Shown: positions 8,418 to 15,918 of the stretch, one piece after another
How the letters are laid out: every line of letters begins with the position of its first letter
Numbering within the stretch: position 1 is the first letter of the stretch
Virus record (IMG/VR): IMGVR_UViG_3300049489_000993
Coordinates: 1 to 64,000 of that record
From: a virus
Direction: 5' to 3' (one strand)
DNA length: 64,000 bases
Notes under the pieces: generated by a model
The model's input: the letters and a program-made list of their open reading frames with translations, nothing else
What the model was told of the DNA's origin: nothing
Databases searched by the model: none
Position numbers and translations under genes: made by a program

Positions 8418-9905
8418 TCAGGTGCGCGTGGCCAGCCAAGCGGGAAGATCGGCCGCCGACGAAAGCACCTCGATCGAGAACGCCTCTTCGCGTGCGTAAA
8501 TCTCACCACGCTTGGCACTCTGCGCGCACAGCGCCTCTTGGTGGCGATCCGCGAAGTCGACCACGATTGCGCGACGCTTGCCCTCGCTGGCGGTGAGCAC
8601 GCGAAAGACATCTTGGGTCACGGTGACGCTGGCCGAGCCCCCTTTGGCGTAGACGAGGGCGGGGAGGTCGACGCCTTCGCCGAGCACGGAGGTGCCGACG
8701 AGGCAGCGGTGCTCGCCGCGGTTGAAAGCTTGGATCGCGGCGAAGACGTCTTCGTCTTTGACGGCTTTGCCGTCGGCGCCGCGCACGAATACGGCGTCAG
8801 GGATCATTTCGGACAGCGTGATGCCATGGTCGATGTGCTCGACGAGCACGATGACGCGCTTGCCGGTGGCGAGGAGAGCTTGGGCAGCCCAGGCGGCCCA
8901 ACTGTTGCGGCCGTGGTGGCGCTCGACGCCCCATCGATAGGCGCTGGGAAGCGATTGCGGGCCGAGCACGGGGGCAGTGATGGGCGCGAAAACGACGTCG
9001 ACGGGGCAGAGATAGCCTTGCTCAACGAGGTCTTGCACATGGATCTTGGCGACGACGTTGGCGAGCACGGCGTCCATGAGGATCTCGGTGTTGGTGTCGC
9101 TGCGAAAATGCGTGCCGGTTGCGCCATACCTGTAGTAGATGTTATGCGCTAGATCATTTATACGATGATACGACAAAGCCGCCGCATGATGATATTCGTC
9201 GAGAATCAAGATGTTGCGAGTATCATAGAATGATTGCGGGAACTTCACCGCGCTCGCTGCGGTGGTCACAACCACCTTGGCGGCGAAGATTTCATCCTCG
9301 CGGAGGGAGGCTTGGTTCTCTCGCCGGTCGCCGTGCTCGTCGTGGGTGGTCTTGGGCCAGCCCCCGGTGACCTCTTGGATCGCTGCCGGGGAGAGCGAGG
9401 GGCCGAGGTCGCGCTGGAGAGCGAGCCAGGTTTGGTGGACGATGGCCTTTGTGGGCGCGATCCACAGCGTCGGCAGATTCAGTTTGTCGACGATGGCGGC
9501 GAGCATAACCGTCTTGCCCGATCTTGGCGGTGCGTCGAGCACGCCCCGCTCGGCGGCCAAGGCGGCCTCGACGAGCTGGGCCTGATAGGGGCGGAGCTTG
9601 ATCGTGGGGGACCACAGAGGCAGCTCAGTAGCAGGGCGGGTGCGGGTGTCCACCACGCGGAGCTGGGTGCCATATTTGGCAAAAAGGCGGCATGCCTCTG
9701 AAACGAGCCCAGCGGGCATATGGCCGTCTTTTGACAAAAGCCGCAGGTGCCCATCCCACCCATCATCGATCGTGGCTGTAAAGCCATCCTGCGCAGCGTA
9801 GGCCATATCGTAGCGCACCAGCTCCAACAAACCTGGGTCGGCGTGCAGGATTTGGGCGTGGGCGTTTCCGAGTAGGCAAACTGGGTGCTGGATCGACGTC
9901 GTCAT
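8418..9905 (-). CDS. SF2 DExH helicase (UvsW/XPB-like)
   Basis: LRPYQ; APPRSGKT; ILDEYHH; GATGT; LGEGVDLP; GGAG RBS before ATG 9905. Confidence 0.9.
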   Translation of the reverse strand: MTTSIQHPVCLLGNAHAQILHADPGLLELVRYDMAYAAQDGFTATIDDGWDGHLRLLSKDGHMPAGLVSEACRLFAKYGTQLRVVDTRTRPATELPLWSPTIKLRPYQAQLVEAALAAERGVLDAPPRSGKTVMLAAIVDKLNLPTLWIAPTKAIVHQTWLALQRDLGPSLSPAAIQEVTGGWPKTTHDEHGDRRENQASLREDEIFAAKVVVTTAASAVKFPQSFYDTRNILILDEYHHAAALSYHRINDLAHNIYYRYGATGTHFRSDTNTEILMDAVLANVVAKIHVQDLVEQGYLCPVDVVFAPITAPVLGPQSLPSAYRWGVERHHGRNSWAAWAAQALLATGKRVIVLVEHIDHGITLSEMIPDAVFVRGADGKAVKDEDVFAAIQAFNRGEHRCLVGTSVLGEGVDLPALVYAKGGSASVTVTQDVFRVLTASEGKRRAIVVDFADRHQEALCAQSAKRGEIYAREEAFSIEVLSSAADLPAWLATRT

Positions 9906-9948
9906 GGTGCTCCAGCCGGTAGTAACGCTCGTCGAGGCGAAGCGTCCA

Positions 9949-10085
9949 GCGAGGCTTTGCGAGCTGGCGCGAGCCTTTGCGCCGAAGCCGAGCGGCGAGG
10001 CTTTGCGAGCTGCGAAGGCGCAGGCCGCGGAATCGTGATCGCGATTGCGTGCGAGAGTGTTCCTCGCAAAGCCTCGGAACACTCT
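9949..10085. repeat. iteron-like repeats plus a 10-bp-stem hairpin
   Basis: GCGAGGCTTTGCGAGCTG at 9949 and 9995; variant GCGAGCCTTTGCG at 9969; inverted copy at 10063-10076 inside the hairpin AGAGTGTTCC/GGAACACTCT. Confidence 0.8.
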
Positions 10086-10302
10086 ATGTAGCTTCTATGT
10101 CACTCTTCCTTCTTGGGTGTTCTGTTTGTGTTCTGTTCTGTTCTTTAGGCGCGGGACGTCCGCGGACCGTCCGCGGGACATTTTTAGATTGGTTTTTGAC
10201 GTCGTCACCGCAAGCAAACTGTAGTTTGACTGTCGCACAAAAACTCGCATTTGGCGCGACAGCGTCACGACAGCGGCAGTACAGAGGCCGGGCGCAGCAC
10301 CC

Positions 10303-10803
10303 CTACATTTCGGTCTGTTTTTGGGACATTTCGGCCCCCGCGGAACCCGGTTTTGCGGCCTTTGGAGTGCGGCGGCGGGCGTTGTGTTTTGCGCGCCCAG
10401 CGGCTTGTCGCTCGCGGTACGCCTGCTTGCGAGCGGCCTCGGCTTCGCGACGCCGGACGCCGTCCCCACCGTACAGCGCCCATTCGTGGATCACGTAGCC
10501 CGCAGAAGTGCGATCCAACCAGCGATGCCGCTCCAACCCCTCTAGAAGCCCCGCAACCGGCATACGCACCCCAGTCGGGGTGGCGGGGGCGTATTGGTCC
10601 CAGTAGATAAGGCGGGCAAGTGCGTCGTCTGGGAGGGTGAGGCGCCCGTCTTTGGACCGGGTCTCCGCAGCCCAGCTCCACAGGCCAATGAGGATGTCGA
10701 CCAGGGCGCCCCGGTGAATGCCCAACGCGCGCGCTGTCACAGCGAGCTTTGTGTGCCGCACGAAATCCACATGCAAACAGAACCAAGCAACGGGGGTCTT
10801 CAT
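10303..10803 (-). CDS. phage replication-initiator-like N-terminal wHTH protein (short)
   Basis: WF.LH.DF..H.K...AR.LG.....V..L..LW.WA...DG.L...L....WLD.....Y.IHEW..Y, then the RRR.EAARK..YR helix. Confidence 0.75.
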   Translation of the reverse strand: MKTPVAWFCLHVDFVRHTKLAVTARALGIHRGALVDILIGLWSWAAETRSKDGRLTLPDDALARLIYWDQYAPATPTGVRMPVAGLLEGLERHRWLDRTSAGYVIHEWALYGGDGVRRREAEAARKQAYRERQAAGRAKHNARRRTPKAAKPGSAGAEMSQKQTEM

Positions 10804-11225
10804 ACGCCCCCCCGTGGGAAAAGCGAAACCACGCGCGCCGAAGTGCGGCGAGGGGGAGCGGCACGGTTGGCCGCTCTAGTCGCGAGCTGCTTGGCGACAG
10901 CGGCGGGCGAGCGCAGTCCTTGGGCGCGATGCCAATCGCGTACGAAATACCGCCCCCCGACGCGATGCTCAATCCAGCCTTCGCGCGCCAATACGTCGCG
11001 CAGTGCATACGGCGACTGCGGGGAAATGGTCGGCCACATCGTCACGGCGGCGAGCGTGTCTGGAGCGGGGACTTCGCCCGAGCGTGGCGCCGTGCGAAGC
11101 ACAAACCCCCAAAGAGCTACGAGTAGGTACACCAAGCTCGCCGGATGCACCTGTAGCCGCCGCGCGGTAGTGGCGACGCGGAAATCGTCAATAAAATCGA
11201 TCGGGACGCGAATGTGATCACGCAT
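10800..11225 (-). CDS. paralogous replication-initiator-like wHTH protein
   Basis: Same pattern as the neighbour (IRV..DF.DD.RV...ARRL....LV.LW.F...L...GWIE....YFVRDW); ATGA coupling. Confidence 0.65.
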   Translation of the reverse strand: MRDHIRVPIDFIDDFRVATTARRLQVHPASLVYLLVALWGFVLRTAPRSGEVPAPDTLAAVTMWPTISPQSPYALRDVLAREGWIEHRVGGRYFVRDWHRAQGLRSPAAVAKQLATRAANRAAPPRRTSARVVSLFPRGGV

Positions 11226-11429
11226 GGTGAAAAACCTCTTTCCGCGCCATGGCCTGTCTGCTATGCACGGCCTACGGCGCTCGTCGTCGGAAAGGTCAGC
11301 ACCCCTCACCACGAGACGCGCTGGCCTTTCGCTTTTTCTGCGGGCAAGATTCTGCGTCGCGTAGGCCGCGTCAATCGGGGGTCAAAGCCGCGTGCGTTAC
11401 CACGGACTGAAATCACGAAACGAATCGAT

Positions 11430-12296
11430 TTACGCCGCCTCCCGTGCAGGCGGCAGCGCCGCGGGATAGTGCTTGGCCAAAATGCGGTTCAGCTCGTCGA
11501 TCAGATCGAGCCTCAAGAATGTGATGTGCGCGTTGCCGTTTTTGAAGCCGCGGAACCGCAGGTAGCCGTGCAGCTCGGCGTCTTTGGTTGTGGCGTCGCT
11601 GTCGGAAGTCATCCAATCCTGGCGGCGCAGGAGCGCCCAGGCGCCTTGATCGCTCGCGGGCTCGGGTTTGCCGTCGAGCACGGAAAAGACGCGCACGAGG
11701 TCGTCGAGCTTGGCGGCGAACGTGTGCGTGGGGCCGTAGCAATCGGTGCGGAGCTTGCCGGCCTTGGTGCGCCGGGTGAAGTGCTCGCACGCGTAGGTCA
11801 CGACGAGGCGCTTGCCGAAGCGTACGGGGTCGTTGGTCTTGTAGTTCCACGAGAGCTTGCGAAAGACGTTCAGGATGCCCCGCTCGAAGATCTCGTCACG
11901 CTGGCCGGCGAGGGCGGTGAACGTCGCGAGCACGTTGGCCTCGGTGAACGCCGGCATCGTCAGTTCGTCGAGCTGCGTGCGCCATTCCGCGCGAGCCTGT
12001 TGATCCATCATCTGTTCGAGACCCGTGCGCGCGAGCACCTCCGACCAGCACGCCGCATCGACGCGCGCGATGGCGGTTTGAATCTGCTCCAGCTCGCCAA
12101 ACTCGCGCCGCGTGCGCGTCCATTCCAGCGTGAGGTCGTAGGAGAGCCGCGCCTCGGCGGTCTCGCCGCCGAAAAGCGCGCAACGGCGCTCCTGCATGCG
12201 CAGGTAGCCCGTGCGCAGCTCGAGGATGGATTCGATCAGCGCAGCGCGGCGCATAAAAAGCGCGTCCAATGAGAGCGAGCGGATGAGGTCAGTCAT
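11430..12296 (-). CDS. DUF4942-family protein
   Basis: F.KLSWNYKTN.P..FGKRLV; LDDL.RVF..LDGKP; Y..R.FKNGNAHI.F.R.DLIDELN.ILA.HYP..LP. Confidence 0.85.
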   Translation of the reverse strand: MTDLIRSLSLDALFMRRAALIESILELRTGYLRMQERRCALFGGETAEARLSYDLTLEWTRTRREFGELEQIQTAIARVDAACWSEVLARTGLEQMMDQQARAEWRTQLDELTMPAFTEANVLATFTALAGQRDEIFERGILNVFRKLSWNYKTNDPVRFGKRLVVTYACEHFTRRTKAGKLRTDCYGPTHTFAAKLDDLVRVFSVLDGKPEPASDQGAWALLRRQDWMTSDSDATTKDAELHGYLRFRGFKNGNAHITFLRLDLIDELNRILAKHYPAALPPAREAA

Positions 12297-12582
12297 GGGC
12301 GGCCCCACCTTCGTCGTCGAGGTAGAGGGTGTTGAGCCGGACAGGCTCCAGCGCATGCCATGGCAAACAGGCGCGAAAATCCCCGCGTGCAGGGAACGAC
12401 ACGACGGCGCACCCAGGCCGCCCGCCGGTACCGCGCGCGCCCGCGATCGTGCGCACCACCACGCCTTCCTCGCCGGCTTCAAGGAATGGCGCCGATGGGA
12501 TGCGGAGCCAGGGGGGGTACTGCCCATAGGAGCCCGTCGACTCAGCGACACGAACGCGAGAACCCTTGCGCATCTGAGTCAT
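12289..12582 (-). CDS. hypothetical protein, SH3-like pattern
   Basis: KGSRVRV...GEEGVVV...VVSF...LEPV; GGAG RBS. Confidence 0.65.
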   Translation of the reverse strand: MTQMRKGSRVRVAESTGSYGQYPPWLRIPSAPFLEAGEEGVVVRTIAGARGTGGRPGCAVVSFPARGDFRACLPWHALEPVRLNTLYLDDEGGAAHD

Positions 12583-12584
12583 GG

Positions 12585-12851
12585 CTAGCTCCTTCCCCCG
12601 CGGTAGCCATCGCGCGGGCCTTTCAGGCGCGGCATACGCCACGCTTCGCCAGTCGCGTTCCCGTGCTCGGCACGCTTGCGGACCGCAACGACATCTTGCG
12701 CCACCGTCGACCGCGGCACACCGAACAACTCGGACACGAGCACGATGGTGGTGCACCCCTCGACGACGCGCGTATCGAGCGCGTCAGCGCTGCCGTTGTC
12801 GTCGTTCAGCGCGATGAACTCAATCGCGCGTGTGTAACTTGCGTGCTTCAT
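12585..12851 (-). CDS. hypothetical phage protein
   Basis: ASY..AIE.IALND...LV.ELFG.....VA.DV pattern; tightly packed in the operon. Confidence 0.7.
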   Translation of the reverse strand: MKHASYTRAIEFIALNDDNGSADALDTRVVEGCTTIVLVSELFGVPRSTVAQDVVAVRKRAEHGNATGEAWRMPRLKGPRDGYRGGRS

Positions 12852-12852
12852 C

Positions 12853-13050
12853 TCAGTCCTCGTCCCGCGTGAGCTTCTCCAGAAGACCCTCGTGCTCGTC
12901 GGCGATCTTCACGATGCGGCGGCAGCTACGGATCAAGCGAGCGCGAGCGCGCTTCTCCGAAGCAGAGAGGTCGTCATCCTCGATGGCCGCCTCGCAGGCT
13001 GCGAGGTCACCCAGCGTGTTCTCGAACTTGCAGTAGCTCATGTTGCCCAT
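12853..13050 (-). CDS. conserved small phage protein (MxNMSYCxFENT type)
   Basis: MGNMSYCKFENTLGDL...LS.SE..A...L...C. Confidence 0.75.
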   Translation of the reverse strand: MGNMSYCKFENTLGDLAACEAAIEDDDLSASEKRARARLIRSCRRIVKIADEHEGLLEKLTRDED

Positions 13051-13051
13051 C

Positions 13052-13534
13052 TCACACCCCGTTTCTCCCAAAGATGACGCCACCAAAGGCGCCGTACTGA
13101 CAGATCACGTCGCGGACGTTGTCGTCACCGTGCGACATGAAGCCGGCAAGGATCTCAGCGGGGTTCGTCGCGACAACGCCTTTGCCCCACAGCGTCACGA
13201 TCCAGCGCTCGTTGTCGTCGAGAGCTGCGGCTTGCTGTGCCAGCCTACGCACGCCGCGCAGCGCAGTCGTGCGCGTCAGCACCACGTCGCCGCCGTGCTT
13301 CGCGTCGAAGCGCACGCGCACCTTCCAGCCGGCGCGCATGAGCTTGTCGTCGGGGAAGCGCGGATCGGGGCGCCCCCAACTCACGACCTCTGCGCCCTCG
13401 TCCGACCAGTAGTGAACGGCCCGCCAGACGCACTCAGCCTCGAGCCAGTCGACGGCGGTGGGCTTTCGCGGTGCGGGCGGGAAGGAGCGTGCGAGCCTGT
13501 CCAGGGCCTTCGTAGCGGCTGCGGCGCGATTCAC
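13052..13534 (-). CDS. hypothetical phage protein
   Basis: GTGA coupling; C-terminal DVICQYGAFGGVIFG motif. Confidence 0.65.
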   Translation of the reverse strand: MNRAAAATKALDRLARSFPPAPRKPTAVDWLEAECVWRAVHYWSDEGAEVVSWGRPDPRFPDDKLMRAGWKVRVRFDAKHGGDVVLTRTTALRGVRRLAQQAAALDDNERWIVTLWGKGVVATNPAEILAGFMSHGDDNVRDVICQYGAFGGVIFGRNGV

Positions 13535-13725
13535 ATGACCTCCTTCTCTAGGGTAACGCGAGCTTCGCGCACCAGTTGTTCCAACGCGCGGGCGGCGGCG
13601 AGCTGGGCTTCGGCGATGGACGGTGCCTCGCCGCTGTCGGCGGGGCCGCCGTTGCACCACACGGTCCAAGCGACGTGATCGTCGGCGGTGCCGTGAAATG
13701 AGGTTTCGTAAACTTGGGGGTTCAT
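13531..13725 (-). CDS. hypothetical protein (64 aa)
   Basis: AGGAG RBS; ATGA coupling. Confidence 0.65.
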   Translation of the reverse strand: MNPQVYETSFHGTADDHVAWTVWCNGGPADSGEAPSIAEAQLAAARALEQLVREARVTLEKEVM

Positions 13726-13973
13726 GCGGGCTCCTTGGTGGTGGTGGTGAAGCCGTAATCGTGTTGCTGGGCAGCGGCGTGAATCGAGGCGAGCGAGCGG
13801 TGATTTTTGATCTCGAGGCTCAGCCCGGCGGCGACGAGGTCGTCCGCGATCGCTTCGCAGTCCTCTGCGGTCGGGGTGTAGTTGCGGTCGGAGCCCTTGA
13901 AGCCCTGACGGCGCGCTTCGGCGTAGCAGCGGGCGAGGGCTTTTTCGAGGTGGCGGATCATGGTGCTGGGCAT
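13722..13973 (-). CDS. hypothetical protein (83 aa), first gene of the leftward early operon
   Basis: GGGAG RBS, downstream of the promoter at 14015-14043. Confidence 0.7.
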   Translation of the reverse strand: MPSTMIRHLEKALARCYAEARRQGFKGSDRNYTPTAEDCEAIADDLVAAGLSLEIKNHRSLASIHAAAQQHDYGFTTTTKEPA

Positions 13974-14014
13974 CGGTCTCTCTCCCTTGCGGCCTTTTGT
14001 GGCGCCGCGAATCC

Positions 14015-14100
14015 AGATTGGCACCTTGGATCTTGGGTGTCAAGCGTGAGACTATGACGTCTTGGATCTTGGGGACTAAGTGCGCGGATCTGCTTGGATC
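14015..14100 (-). promoter_or_regulatory. sigma-70-type promoter/operator (copy 2) in a divergent intergenic region
   Basis: TTGACA-N17-CAATCT with TGn extension; operator at 14037-14052; extra CTTGGATC(TTGGG) boxes at 14061 and 14093. Confidence 0.85.
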
Positions 14101-14145
14101 AGGCGACGACCGCATCGGGGTGACGCGGGGGCGTTAGGGACCCAT

Positions 14146-14334
14146 ATGCGCAAAGAGATGCGGGAAGAGATCCTCGAAGCGGTCTTGGACTCCTTGCACG
14201 CCGAAGCGATGGCCGTCGTGAAGGCGGGAAATCCGGCGGGCTGGGAGGCTGCCCCGCGAGAACAACGCGACGACGCCGTATTGGCGGAGATCGTAGCGGC
14301 TGTTGTTCGTTTGTTTCGCGCGGGCGAGCCATGA
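14146..14334 (+). CDS. hypothetical protein (62 aa)
   Basis: AGGGA before the ATG; coupled to the next gene (ATGA). Confidence 0.6.
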   Translation: MRKEMREEILEAVLDSLHAEAMAVVKAGNPAGWEAAPREQRDDAVLAEIVAAVVRLFRAGEP

Positions 14335-14531
14335 ACGTCGGCGACAAATGCCCGCAATGCGGCGGTGATCTTGAGCGCGACGAAGCGGACGTGGGTGTCG
14401 GCGTCATTTACGGGCCGGCCGGATGCCCAGCGTGTTTTTGGGTGGAGCCGGAGAGTGATCTGCTTGCAGGATTGCGTAGGTCGCGTGTGCACGAAGATGA
14501 AGCGCCACAGAAGGAGGAGGGAAAAGAATGA
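14331..14531 (+). CDS. small Zn-ribbon protein
   Basis: CPQCGG...DVGVG..YGP..CPAC.W. Confidence 0.7.
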   Translation: MNVGDKCPQCGGDLERDEADVGVGVIYGPAGCPACFWVEPESDLLAGLRRSRVHEDEAPQKEEGKE

Positions 14532-15029
14532 CTCTACTATCCCGTCTCAAATCTATTGGTGCTTGCGTGGACGCCACCGAATGGGTCCGCACGCTGCCTA
14601 ACGGTGTGACATTGGCGCAGGCGTGGCGAGAATGCCCGCGCGCCGATTGGCTGCTGTGGCTCGCGGGTAAGGCGGTGCATGAGCACGGCTCGCCGCTGCA
14701 TCGGCAGGTCGTGCGGGCCGCTGCGCTGTGTGCGTCGACGCCGCAGAGCCTGGTTTTCGACGATGGCCCGCGCACGACAATCGAATGTGATCGCTGAACT
14801 GGTCGCGTGGTCGGAGGGCGCAGAGATTGACCTCGTCGGCGTGCGAGACGCCGCCGCCAACGCCGCCGCCTACGCCTACGCCTACGCCGCCTACGCCTAC
14901 GCCGCCTACGCCTACGCCGACGCCGCAAACGTCTACGCCGATGAGGCTCGAACTGGCTCCCTCCGCACAATGGCAGCTATCGTGCGCACGCACGTCGACG
15001 TCGCACTAGTAGAGAGGGGATTGCGATGA
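14528..15029 (+). pseudogene. frameshifted Ala/Tyr-repeat protein (Imm5-like phage family)
   Basis: AC.DA.EW...AW.ECPRADWLLWL in the first frame stops at 14797; the continuation AELVAW.EG...AAAYAYAYAA...MAAIVR lies in the +1 frame. Confidence 0.65.
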
Positions 15030-15182
15030 TGATCGACATCGACAATCTTGAACGGCTCGCGAAGGCAGCCATCGGGGCGCGCACTGGGCCGGGTACTGGG
15101 CGAAGGGCTTGCACAGATCGAAGAGGCCGCAGCGGTGCTTGCCTCGCTGTCGACGGAAGGACCGGAGCATGAAAAAGAGTAG
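15026..15182 (+). pseudogene. Ead/Ea22-like N-terminus remnant
   Basis: MMIDIDNLERLAKAA start, stop at 15172; a more protein-like tail (GEGLAQIEEAAAVL...) runs in another frame to 15182. Confidence 0.4.
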
Positions 15183-15229
15183 CGCCTGGCGATGTCGAAG
15201 CTACCGCCCGATCTACGCGCGCTCTACCC

Positions 15230-15257
15230 TTGACATGCGCGAGCGCGCTGCTACAAT
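15230..15257 (+). promoter_or_regulatory. near-consensus sigma-70 promoter
   Basis: TTGACA-N16-TACAAT. Confidence 0.7.
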
Positions 15258-15263
15258 CCACCT

Positions 15264-15410
15264 CGTTCAAGTTGCGCGCTATGGCCCGCAAGGGCCTACG
15301 AAACTTTGGGAGTCGATGCGCGCCGAAAGCTCCCCCTGACTGGGCCTTGTAACTGAGTCTGCCGCAGACAGATGCCCAGAACGCGGATGGCACCTCGGAA
15401 CAGACGGGGA
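15264..15410 (+). ncRNA. candidate structured small RNA
   Basis: Lies downstream of the promoter with no convincing ORF; hairpins GGCCC-GCAA-GGGCC, GGGAG...CTCCC and GTCTG-CCG-CAGAC. Confidence 0.35.
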
Positions 15411-15911
15411 TTACCGCTTCAGTGATTCAACCATTTCGTCGTGGCGCTTCGTCCAGGGGCCATTGCCGGATGCGTGGTCGTGGTCCGCGTCGTGGCAGAG
15501 CACGCCGAGCGCCACATGCACAAGCTCATGCGCGAGGGCGGTTTGCCTCACGCCGAGCGGCTCCCTTGCGGCGACTTCGATCTGCGAGAGTGAGCGCGTG
15601 AGCCCTCGCAGTTTTCGGCGGCTCTCGTCGGTGAACGAGTCCCCCGAGCGCCAGCGGATGTTCAATGCGTGCAGCGCCGCGCGCAGCCGGTCACAATCTT
15701 TGGAGCTACCGAAGCCCCACAGCAACCATGCGCCAAGGAAGTCCTCGAACAGCTCGGCGACGTCGGCGCCTGGATAGGGACAGCCGCTCATGCGCGTGTC
15801 GAAACCAGGCACGCGCTGCGCAGGCCGCATGAGCTTGGGACCGACGAGCACGCATACGGGGATGAGCCCCACCCCAAGGACGAAACCGATTCCGATCAAC
15901 CACGGTGTCAC
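15411..15911 (-). CDS. membrane-anchored HExxH zinc metallopeptidase-like protein
   Basis: N-terminal hydrophobic segment; LAHELVH followed by DHDH...W; GTG start at 15911 or 15917. Confidence 0.65.
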   Translation of the reverse strand: MTPWLIGIGFVLGVGLIPVCVLVGPKLMRPAQRVPGFDTRMSGCPYPGADVAELFEDFLGAWLLWGFGSSKDCDRLRAALHALNIRWRSGDSFTDESRRKLRGLTRSLSQIEVAAREPLGVRQTALAHELVHVALGVLCHDADHDHASGNGPWTKRHDEMVESLKR

Positions 15912-15918
15912 AGTCACC

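Noticed and set aside
9949-10085. c-di-GMP-I (GEMM) riboswitch suggested by CGCAAAGCCTC
   Set aside because: The upstream GNAAAC-stem-GNRA P1 element is missing, and the motif behaves as a repeated or inverted unit.
14850-14925. DGR variable or template repeat
   Set aside because: A low-complexity Ala/Tyr coding microsatellite; no reverse transcriptase or adenine-variant repeat pair was seen.
15270-15360. Hammerhead ribozyme or tRNA-Thr (CTTGTAA loop) in the candidate RNA
   Set aside because: No CUGAnGA core in the right position; no anticodon stem, T-loop or cloverleaf.
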